Positions 47,501 through 59,500 of a stretch of 64,000 bases of DNA are shown piece by piece (positions within the stretch are counted from its first letter, which is position 1; each line of letters begins with the position of its first letter). Location of the stretch: NCBI GenBank assembly GCA_965195345.1, contig OZ239628.1, forward strand, positions 256,001 through 320,000, in the 5' to 3' direction. This DNA is from an uncultured Thiomicrospira sp. (GTDB lineage Bacteria > Pseudomonadota > Gammaproteobacteria > CAKMZV01). The translations under genes were made by a program, and so were the position numbers. The notes under the pieces are model-generated. The model did no database searches. It was not told where the DNA came from and worked only from the letters and a program-made list of their open reading frames with translations.

Positions 47501-50500
47501 TACGGTTACGGTATTGGATGATGATTTTGATGATGGTACACGCAATACAACGTTGACAATATCTTCTGTATCATCTAATGACCCTGCTTACAACGCATTA
47601 GCGGATCAAACACGCGTCTATCAAACCCTTGATGATGACACGCGTGGTTTGTCTGTTAACCCGTTGAACTCGACGGTAACAGAAGGGGGTGCGACTTCGA
47701 CGTTTGAAGTACGCTTGACAAGTCGTCCGTTTGGTTCAGTGGTTGATGTATCTTTTAGCAGTGTACATAGTTTTGTTTTTGGTACGGATGTTCCGAATCA
47801 ATCGTTCTTGAGTACGAGTAATATTCAATTTGGTACAAACACTAGTGATTGGCAGACGCCGCAGACAATTACGGTTACGGCGTTTGATGATTTTGTTGAT
47901 GATGGTACGCAGACATCGACATATACTTTGAATGTATCGGGTGGTGATTATGGTCCGAGTGAGAATGCGACGTTAACGGTTTTAGCGTTGGATGATGATA
48001 CGGCAGGATTTGTGGTGGCGCCGTTATTCACGACACTCACGGAAGCGAGTGGTGCAAGTCAGACTGATGAGATAGAGATCAGAGCCCAATCACAACCAAC
48101 AGGTACGATAACGTTATTGGTTAATACGACGAGCAGTGATGGTTCGGATCAGCTAACGTTATCGAATTCGAGTGCTTCATCGAACAGCAGTATTCTTTTG
48201 GAGTTTACTTCACAGAGTTGGAATACGTCGTTGCGATTGACGATTACGGCGATAGATGAGTTGATCAATGACGATGGTGCGCATACAACGATAAGTTTGA
48301 GTGTGGATACTACAGGCGTTATTAGTGGTTACAGTGCTGCAACGTCATTGGATTCGGTGCGTGTTGCCATTATTGATAATGAGAGTCCTGGTTTTCAAGT
48401 GAGCCCTAGTTCAGTTACTGTTAGTGAGGACGGTGTTTCTTCCACTTTTGGTGTTTCGCTCACTGCTGGATTAGGCGCAGGTGGTTCAATTGTTTTAATT
48501 CCTTCCCCCGAGATGTTTGGTCTATCGACACAAGAATTGACCTTTAATCCATCGTCATTGACGTTTACTAATGCAGATGGTTTAGCAACGTTGACGATGA
48601 CGGTTTTTGCGGTGGATGATTTTATTGCTGAGGATACAGAAACGATAGCTGTTCCGTTCACAGCCACGAGTACGAATACTACTGGACAGGCTTATATAGC
48701 GGATGCAGACTTTACATTCTCGACGTTGAGCGTAAATGTTATAGACAACGACACGGCTGGGATTAGCGTGAGCCCATTGGCAGTAACAGTTTTGGAAGCT
48801 GGAGGGACGGCTACGATAGCGGTTCGATTGGATGCTCAGCCTGAAAGTACGGTTGTGATTAATGTCTCAACGAGTGCAATTAGTCCATTAGCATTTACAG
48901 GAGGTGTTAATTTCTCACGTACACAGATATTTTTCTCCCCTCATCCAAGCACAGCGTGGATGGATACTCAAACATTAACGGTCACAGCGATTAATGATGA
49001 CTTTGATGATGATACACAGACGTTAACGGTTAGTTTTGCTTCAACGGTTGTATCGGGGGCGGATTTGAATACGCAATCGCATTGGGCGGGCGCACAGAGT
49101 CAGTTATCGACGGCATTGATTACAATATTGGATGATGATGTGGCTTTTGTTTCGTTGAGTACAACGGATCTGGGGATTATTTATGAACAAGCTGCAGGCG
49201 GAATTACGCAGACCACTTTTGAAGTGTCGCTGTCAACGATACCTATAGCGGATGTTGAAGTTTCATTTGCACAAGTTTTTTCTGCGCCAAGTACGGAGTT
49301 GTTGAACATACCATCAATTACATTTCCAGCTTTCATTTCAGGGGCATTTAGTTCCCAAACGATCACGGTGAGAGCGTTTCATGACATGGAGGATGATGAC
49401 ACGCAAGTAGTCAGTATATTGCTGAATGCTTCAGGTACGAATTCCTATAGTACAGCACTTGAAATTGACACGGTTACGGTTACAGTTATAGATTTAGATG
49501 TTCGAGGGGTAACTGCTACTCCGACCACTTTGACGGTTAGTGAGGATGGACTTGAAGGAGGTTTTGCGAGCACTGCTTTATTCACCGTTGTTTTGGATTC
49601 AAGACCGTTCTTTGCGACAGGTGTTGCTCAAACCGTTGTGCTTAATTCAACGTTGGTAAGTTCATTCATTGGAGCAAGTGCGGCTACATCGCAACAAATA
49701 ACCTTTTCACCAAGAACGTTAGTATTCAATCGCAGCAATTGGGATATTGCTCAACAAGTATTGGTTACAGCGGTGGATAACGTTATTGATGAAGGGACTC
49801 AGCAATCGACGATAACGTTGGGCGCATCAGGAGGCGATTATTTGTCAGGAGTAAATGAAGATGAAGTGGTTGTTACTGTTTTAGATGAGGATGAGGCGGG
49901 CGTGCTGGTTGTTCCAACTTCTCTAACGGTAACCGAAGATCAAACAATTAGCCCTTCAGCGGTATTTTTAGTTCGTTTATTGACGCAGCCAAACGCTCTG
50001 GTATCAGTGGGTGTTTTCTCAACGATCAACACGACTTCTCCAGATACTGGTCAGGTTTTTGGTGTACCCCAAATCACTTTAGAAACATCAAGTCAAGCTA
50101 TTAGTAGTGAGAGTGTGACGTTAGATTTTACTGCATTGAATTATTTTGTTACTCAAACGGTCACGGTACGAGCAATTGATGATAGTTTGAATGATGAGAC
50201 ACAAATAACGACGGTTGCGTTGAGCATCGTGAGCACACCAAATTCTGGCTATAATTCAGCATTGGAGATTAGTTCAGTACGCGTTACGGTGCTTGATGAT
50301 GAAAATGCTGGATTTGTTTTTTCCACTCAAACGCTTAGTTTAATCGAAGGGGAGAGTGATTCAATCAGAGTGCGTTTGCGTTCTCAACCTACGCAGGATG
50401 TCCAATTGAACGCGCGTTATACGCTAAACGGTTTAACGACGAGTGAGTTGACGTTTACTCCAGACACATTAATCTTTACCAGTGTGACTTGGGATATTGA

Positions 50501-53500
50501 ACAAAACGTCATCGTTTTGGCGGTTGATGATTTTGTTGATGAGGATGAAGAGGTGGTGCAGGGAAGTTTTAACGCGATATCATCGGATACAAGCTACATC
50601 AACAGCAGTGATTTTTTAGGAGATACATTAACTCTAACGATAACGGATAACGATACTGCAGGAATAACATTTACGACGGATCAGTTGGTTATTGGGGAGG
50701 TCTCGAGCATCCTAAGTACGGTTGCAATGTTTGGTATTCGTCTTGATGCGCAACCAGAAAGCACGGTAGTGCTAACGTTGAGTACGCGTGTTCTGAGTGT
50801 GAGTCCTGGTTTTTCAACGAGTCAAATAGGTTCTTCTTTTGATATAAGTACGTTGAGGCTTACGTACGCACCATTTCCATCGACGAGTTGGCAAACGACG
50901 CAAATTGTAACGTTGAATGCGATTGATGATTTTTACGATGATGACACACAGACCTTTACACTGAGTGCTCAAAGCACCGTTTTATTGACGGCGGATACGA
51001 ACACGAGGAATCATTGGAGCGGTTCAAATGCGCAGTTTGCAAGTTTGGACGTTGTCGTTGTTGATGAGGATGTGGCTGGAATAATTGCACGTGTGGTTGG
51101 AGCGCCTTTATCGGTTTCAGAAGAAGGTGAGAGCACGCAAGTTATCGAGGTTCGTTTGAGCGCTCAACCGTTTGAAGAAGTTCCAATATTGAGCGATACT
51201 TCGATTAATTACACTATTTTGTCGAACGGGCGCACGAGTGAGGTAATCTTAATCAACTCGACGTTCTCCTTTAATACCTTAGTTTCAGGAATAGGGTCAT
51301 GGCAAAGCACGCAGTCCTTCGTGGCGCAGGGTGTAGAGGATTTTGTTGACGATGATACGCAAACGTTTGTTCTGTCTATCCGTACAACGAACACGATTGA
51401 TCCGAAATATCAATTTGTTGATGAGCAGAGCACTTTAGGACTTAGTATTGATAATGATGTCGCTGAGTTATTATTGTCTGCGAATAGCACTCCGTTAACG
51501 GTCATTGATGCTTTATTTGATCCCAATAATGGGGCAACGTTTAGCACGTTCTCAGTGCGTTTGGCTACGGAACCTGTTAATGATGTCACGCTTTTAGCAT
51601 TTTCTACGAGTGCAACATTGGGAGTTATCGATTCGGCGATGAGAACGTTGAGCTTTACAAGTTTGAATTGGGACAGAGCACAGGTAGTGACGTTGCAAGG
51701 TGTTCCTGATATTCCTCCGAGTACGGATCCTACGCAAAGTTTTACGGTTCGAGTTGAAGTGAGCTCACTAACGGTGGATTTGGCTTACAGCTCTCCTACA
51801 CGTGTTCAGGCAGAAGAGATTGATGCGATTAATATCAATGATGATTTGCCAGGCTTTACGATTAGCCCGTTGCAATTGTCTTTGGTTGAGCGCAGTCAGA
51901 GCCAATCGACCGGTGTTTATCAGATTAGGACTAATACTGCGCCGAGCGGGAATGATGCTGTTTTGACCATACGAACGAGCACTCAAAATGCAGGGTTTAA
52001 TCCTGAGTTAACATTGAGTGATGGGACAACTCAGACAACTCAGACAACATTGGAATTGCGATTCACGGCGGGTGTTATTAGCACAATAGCGGTTACGGTA
52101 TCGGTTGTTGATGATCATGCATTGATCGGAGCAGATAGGCTTTTTGTGAATTTTCACTCTAGTACAGGTGGGAATGGTTTTTATATATTTGATGAGACAG
52201 AGTTGAGTGAAGTAAATATTTCAGTAGGCGATGATGAGACCATCGACGGTGTTAATGCCTTCATCACGAAAATAGCAGATGGTAATGAAGGGGTTAGTTC
52301 TCAAGCTGGGGCAAATGTAGTTATAGGTGATGAAGAGCCGGTTGAATTCAGGACGGGTTTGAGGAACATAAATACGGATCAGATTGTTACGAATCGTACA
52401 GGAGGGGTGATTGTTTTTGATACGACTATCACAGGCGGACGGGTTGCATTGGGTGGTTCTTCTGCGACGGGCTCAGCAGATATTGATATAGTGACGTTTG
52501 AGCATTCCATTATAGATGGCTCAACGAGTGTGCTCCAGACGTGGCCGACCTTGGAGGACCCTGCATTTGAGGGTTACCCTGATGAAGAAGCTATAGAAGT
52601 TGGTTTGATATTACGCACGACTACGTTGAGGATTTTCACGGCGAACGCTACGGCTACAGCGGATGTTATAGACAATGATAACTTCCAAGTGGGGCTTAGA
52701 ATTGTAAACACCGAAAACGGTGCTGAGTCTGAGTTAAATGATAGACCGGTAATATTTGAAGGCTCAATGTCTTTGGCGAACTATACGGGCTCGACGATTG
52801 TTTTGAGTGTGAACTATGTTGAAGTACCAGGGGGTGCAATTCCCCAATTTTCTCGAACGTCAGGGTTTGACTATTTCACGGAAACCAGCCCTCATATTTT
52901 GATTTTAGCGGGTCACACAACGGGTCAATTTCTTGTTGAGGTTTTTGACGATTTGATATTTGAAAATACGGAAGAGGTACAGGTTGAAATACTTAATCCT
53001 GATCCTAATAGCTCAGTGTTCGTGGTGATTGGAGGAGGCGCAATAGGGACGATTGAAGATAATGAAGACCTTCAAGTAGGTTTATCAGTGATCACGGGCA
53101 ATGAGAGCGCGGGCACAATGACATTTCGAGTGTTTTTAAATAGAGAAAATAATACAGGCAGTACGCTTAATTTTGATGTTTTTAGCACGCAGGCGGTGGG
53201 ATTTGCATTGAGCACTTCAAGAAGAGCGACTTTTAATACAGACTATTCTTTTGGAGGATTAAGCGCTCAGAGGGCATCGGTTGCAGTGAATGCCTTGGAT
53301 ACCACTGGTCCAATAACGCTTATTGACGATGATTTGCTTGAGGGTACGGAAAGTTTTTATCTTTCGCTTTCTCTTGATCCCGTAGGCTTGGATCCTAACA
53401 TTGTAAGTAGGATTATTGTTAGTACAACGCCGGTGGAAGGTTTCATCGTTGATGACGAGGCATCGCGTGTACGATTGCGATTGTATGCTGAGTCAATTGG

Positions 53501-56500
53501 CGTTGAGGGTGTGGGTACGATAGGTGCTGTAGGGGGTACAGCGGTACGATTTATTGCGGTAATTGAAGATACGCTAGATGCTACAACTATTACGAATGCG
53601 ACTGGAGAGACTATTGAATTGAATGCTCTCGCTATCTCCACTTCTCAAGCGATATTAGGATTAGACTACACAACCCAAGCAATATTAATAGCGAGTGGAA
53701 CAGGTTTTGTAGAGGTTAGATATCCCGTTTTAAATGATGATCTGTTTGAGCACGATGAAACACTAGGGATAGAGATTCGCTCGGTTACTTCGCCGTTTTC
53801 TGATATTCAAGAAGCTTTTGGCTCTGGAGGGAATATAGCACCCGCCTCGCGTCCAAGTATAGATACATTGATTGATGATGCCCAAGATGAACCTGGTAGT
53901 ATAGAAATTCATCTAAGTGCGACGCCCCTTTCTATCAATGAGGGTCCTCTAGGAGGTTCAGGCGGCGCATTTAGTGTTGATGTGCGATTATTCAGAGTCG
54001 GTAATTCGACCACTAGTATTATCAATTCTGGGCACGCACCAGAAGTTATTCCGCTTATTATTTCAGGCACAGCGCAGCAAGGCACGGATTATAGGTTTGG
54101 TGTTCCTACAACGACTCTCATGATCGTACCAGGTTCGGATCGAGGGGTGGTTGATATTGAAGTTCTTGGTGATAATTTGGCAGAGGGTTTAATCCCTGAA
54201 ACAATAGTATTACGTGCGGTAGAGGGTTTTTATGCTGGAGTGCGTGATGATGCTTTGACATTAGCTGATTCTGGAGCGTCGACACTGGTATTGGAAATTG
54301 TTGATGATGATTCGAATATCATAGCTTCGATAGAGAGCTTAGATCCAAACGTTAGCGAAGGCAGTTCAATGAGGATAAGTGTTAACTTGGATTTTGCGGT
54401 TCAAGGAACAACTGTTACAGTAACGCTGGGCTATCCTACGGGTCCATTAGGTGGCTCAGCGGTTCCAGGCATTGACTTTTCGAGCGCAACGACTGCTGTG
54501 GTCTTCCCACAAGAGGTGCGTACGGTTATCGTTGAGATACCGGTCTATATAGATAATTTGTTTGAAACGACAGAGCAAGCAGTTATAAGCATATTATCAA
54601 CGACGGACTCAGAAGGCGTGCTTAATGTTACTACGGATACGGCGCGTTCAGAGTTGGCTGTTAATATCATTGATGCCGAACAGAGCGATGTTGCATTGGA
54701 GATTAGAGTTGAGGATGGATTTGAAAATCAGTCAGGGAGCAGTACGCCGATTCAGATTTTTGCGACACTCAGGCGCATAAGTACCAATGCATTGATTCGC
54801 ACGGAAGGTGCGCTTGCAATTTCTTTGGGAATCACATCGACTAATAATCGCGTAACGACAGCGGAGCCGGGTGTCGATTTTGATGGTTCTTTTCTTAACA
54901 GACAACGTCAGATAGAGATTCTATCGAACACGTCAAGCGCATCGTTGAGTATAAACGTTATTAACGATAATTTATTTGAGAACAATGAATCAATATTTTT
55001 CACGACTACGCAGTTCATGCGTATATCAGATCGACTAAATCTATTGAATATAATTCCGGTTACAACGGATATACGGGCGATTATTTTTGATGATATTGCT
55101 CCTGGAAGTATTGTTTCAACGCTGACGATTTTGACGGATGGGTTTGAGAGTTCAAGTGCTACGTTATCGCGAGATGTGATTGCAAGAATAACGATAGATG
55201 AGACGAATAATACAGGGGCACCTATATTATTTTTCTTAGATAGCATAAATTCAGATGCGGTGGGGGCAACGCAAGCTGGTCCTGGAGTAGACTATGTTTT
55301 CCCGAGTAGCGTTGGAATAAGCACAGGAAGTGATTTTGTTGAATTTAGCTTAATAGTGCTTGATGATTCGTTGTTTGAATCGACTGAGACGTTAGAGATA
55401 CGGATTTCCAGTGCAAATAACACTGCGATATTGGTGGATCAAACGATAGTTACGGGTCTGATTGGGGATGATGAATTTTATGCAGGCTTGCAAGCGGGAA
55501 TAGTGGTTAGTTCATCAAGCTTGGTTTTGGATGAGAGCAGCTCGTCAACGCCTGTTGTACTAACGTTACTCCTCTCCTCTACAAACAACACAAATGCCTC
55601 AATTACGATGAGCGTCATTACATCGGGCAGCGCTATTGCAGGGTTGGATTATCAAGCGATGAGTGCCTTTGTTGTTGGAGTGGGTTCGCGTACAGGAGAC
55701 CTATCGTTTTTTGGGATTGATGATGGATTTTTAGAGACCACGGAAACGATAGAGGTGTCGCTGGGGCAATCGAATATCGCTACGGTAGTGCCGGTATCAA
55801 GCACGTCGAGCTTAGGCACATCAAGTGTTCGTATTTTGGTAGTGGACGATGAGGCGGCCCGAGGTATTTATATTGGCACTAGAAATGCGCAATTGATAGG
55901 AGAGGAAGGCTCCAGTACGCGCCAAATAGGATTCGATGTTGTTTTGCTTAGCACGAATGTTGGCAGCGTGCCAGTGTTAAGAAATAATACATCGAGTGAT
56001 TTAACTTTCTCGATTAGGGCAGCATTTTCTGATCCATCACATGCAATACAAGGACTTGATTATTTGATTCAAGGGGGCAATTTGGCCAATACTGAAGTGG
56101 TAATCGCTCAAGGTTCGACTTCTGTAAGGGTTGCTATTGCGGTCATTGATGATTCGTTACTCGAAACGCGAATTGAGACGAGCACATTAATTGTTCGTGG
56201 CTCCTCGAGGCAGGACTTTATCAGGAACGCTTTGTCAGGGCATGCGGTTGATATAGAGATTATTGACAATGAATTTGGTCAGACGAGCGCACGCTTGTTG
56301 TCGGTTGCAGGAGTGGAAGGATCGAGCACGCGTCAAACGCAGTTTGTTGTTGAGCTGAATCAAGTGTCCGGCCTTAGTGAGGCGTTAGAGGTAGAAATTT
56401 CATTAAGCGAGATAACTGCGACTGAAGGATTGGATTATTCTACGAATCGAATTAGTGCACAGATATTGAGGGGCTCTAATCGAGGGGTTGCCCAAGTACC

Positions 56501-59500
56501 TGTTTTGAGTGATTCATTGCTTGAGAATACGGAGAGTTTGCTTGGCACAGCGATTTATGATGCACAATCAAATAATCAAATTCCAATAACTTTTGAGAAC
56601 ACAACAGCTCAGGTTGATATTCTGGATGCTGAGTCCTTGAATGGAGTAAGCGTTATTATTGAACAAACGACGACAGGGGTTGAGGGTATTAATGGAAACG
56701 CGGCGGTTGCTCGAGTATCCTTGGCGCAAGGGGTAGTTAATGGCTTGAATACATCGTTAAGTCTAACGGTTCAAGCGCAATCGGGAACGGGAACAGCGAC
56801 GTTGAGTGGTTTTAACCAAGACTTTGAAAGCTCTGCTTTAGGTGCAAATAGCGCTATTATTGGTCCAAATCTCTCAGGCGTTGATTTACGGATACCGATA
56901 CGAGACGATCAGTTGCTTGAGGGGGATGAGTTTTTTGTATTGGTTGCCAATAGCCCGAGTAATCCGGCATTGCGCACGAGTACATCGAGTGCTGTTATTT
57001 GGATTATAGATGATGAGAGTTTTCCTGGAGCAGTGTCTGCCCAATTTGCAGTAGGAGCAAATGGTATAGAGGGTACTCAAGCGATCGAATTTGTGCTTAA
57101 TTTAAGTCGAGTTAATGGTCGTTCTGAGCCGATTGTTTTTGGATTGACAGCAGTTGGTGGCAGTGCTAATGTCGGTGCATTGAGAGATCTTGAAATTTCA
57201 CCAACGAATACGTCGCAACAGATTATGATTCCTCCTAATAGGGCGTTTGCTCAGGTGAGCATTCCGATAAATCAAGATGACCTATTAGAGGGTACTGAGA
57301 CGGTACAAGTCCGAATAGATGTTTTGGATCCTCCACTTTTCGTATCGAATGGGACGTTTGCATACGTTTCGAACGTAAACATAGTGCAAGCAACGATTAG
57401 CGATGATGAGGTAAATCAGGATATACGCTTAGAAATTAGTTCAGTTACGCAAGGAGGCGAACCAAATACAACGATTAACGTTGTGGTTGATTTAATTCGA
57501 GGGATCACGGGTCTACCAATTGTAAATAATACAGGACAGGCAATAAACTTTAGTTTAGCAACAACGGGAACATCACTTGGAGGCTTGGAGCAGACCCCAA
57601 ATGTTGATTTTATAAACGACAATTTGTTTGGGTCAATTTTACCGGGCTCATCAAGTGGGGTTGTGCGCATAACTATTGCCAATGACTTTATTATTGAGAG
57701 CACAGAGACTATATTGATCACGCCCGAAGTTGTGCATCCTTTTGTACGCGCTGGAGCAAGCACCGAGACGATTATCATAGACGATGATTTCGGAAATTAT
57801 GTAGTGCGCTTTGCGCTGAGTGCTCCAATAGTAGAGGGTGCTGGTACGAGTAATCTTGTGGTTTCTTTGAGTCAAGCGGATCCAAATAGCACGCATGTAA
57901 TTACTTTACAACCGATTGGTGGAAGCGCATCATTAAATGATGATTTGATTTTGAGTACATTATCGGTGAGTTTAGCGCCAGGTCAAAGCAGTGGAGTGAT
58001 TGAAGTTAGAGCCCCAGATGATGGATTGCTTGAGGGGGTTGAGGAGTTTTCGTTCAGAATTAATGTGGATGAGACTGTTTTGACTTTACTATCGAATACA
58101 TTGACGCTAAGCATTCAGGACAATGATCCAATTATATTAAGCATTCGTGAAGGGCCGGATGTAAATGAATCGGGCTCCATCCCTGCACGTTTTGAGCTTT
58201 TCCTTCCTTCGACGAATAATACGGGTGCGGCGATTTCTGCGGAGCTTAGTTTTGAGGAAAGCATTGCTTTAGAGGGTATTGATTTTAATGTTTCAACGAC
58301 GCTTTACAGCATATTGCCTGGTGCATCGCGGGTATTCATCGATTTACCAATACTGGACGATGCGATCAATGAGATTGATGAGCCGATTGTTGCACGGATT
58401 ATCCGAATTACAAGCGAGCAAGGTTTATTGGGACGAAGTGTTGCAACGCTTAGGATATTAGATGATGATGAAGGTGCAAATACGTATTATGTTGTTAGTG
58501 ACGCGAATGGTTCGGAAAGTGGAGGAAACGGAGGATTTGGATTTCCTGCTGTAGGGCGATTATTATCTGCGGATCCAGTAGTTGGTGCACAAAGGCTTAA
58601 TCTGTTTTATTCAGGCAACGCAACGCCTGGATTGGATTATCAAGCGGTTGTTGCAGCGACACTTCCAAATGCAAGCACGGAAGTTATTTTCACGATACCG
58701 ATCATTGACGATTTCCTTTATGAAACGCAAGAGACGATCATTTTGAGGTTGGACTCGCCGCTTGCGCATCGCTCGACGACGTTACTAACGATTACAGATA
58801 ACGATGTGAACTCGGCGCAGTTACAAGTGCTTGATGGAATGGAAGGTTCAACGCCATTGACGGTGATAATTAATTTGGCCAAATTCAATAACACCCCTCG
58901 AGCAATTACCTATCTGGTGACGCTATCTGGTGACTCTTCACAAGGGGTACCTGCGGCAAGTGCGTCTGATTTTCTTGGAAGCATCACTTCTACGCTAAGC
59001 ATTGCCCAAGGCGCCAGTTCGGGTTCAGTGCAGTTTCCTGTTCTATTGGATTCACGATTTGAAATGGTTGAAGGGGTGCGAGTTAGCCTTCAGGCTATAA
59101 CGAATCCTGATATTTCATTCCCGATTAACACAACAACTAGCCGCATTTTTGATGCATTCAGTTCAACACTTGCCGTATCGATAACGGCGATAAGTAATGG
59201 GGAGGAATTTACATCGAAACCGATAGAGTATGTTGTGAGTGTGAATACGACGAATAATTCTGCATCAACAATTGGTGTAACGGTTCAAGTGAGTACAGCG
59301 AACTCAACCGCAGAAGAAGGGGCTGATTACATCTTAACGAGAAATGTGTTTATTGGAATAGGTGAGCGCACGGCAACGCTTAACGTTACTGTTATTAATG
59401 ATAATTTATTTGAAAGCACAGAGACGCTAACACTTGAGATTAGCTCGGTGGATGTTGCTTTTGCAGCTATAGATCAACCCCGATCAATAGCGACAGCAAG

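Noticed and set aside
37245-49140. Diversity-generating retroelement as the cause of the codon position 1/2 variation (CTLD folds are classic DGR targets)
   Set aside because: No reverse transcriptase or template repeat in the window. Third-position adenines (caa, tca, aca, gaa) stay conserved between copies, unlike adenine-directed mutagenesis. A remote DGR acting on the lectin head cannot be excluded without the rest of the genome.
33459-49140. CRISPR array or non-coding satellite
   Set aside because: Periods are multiples of 3, units are coding and there are no unique spacers.
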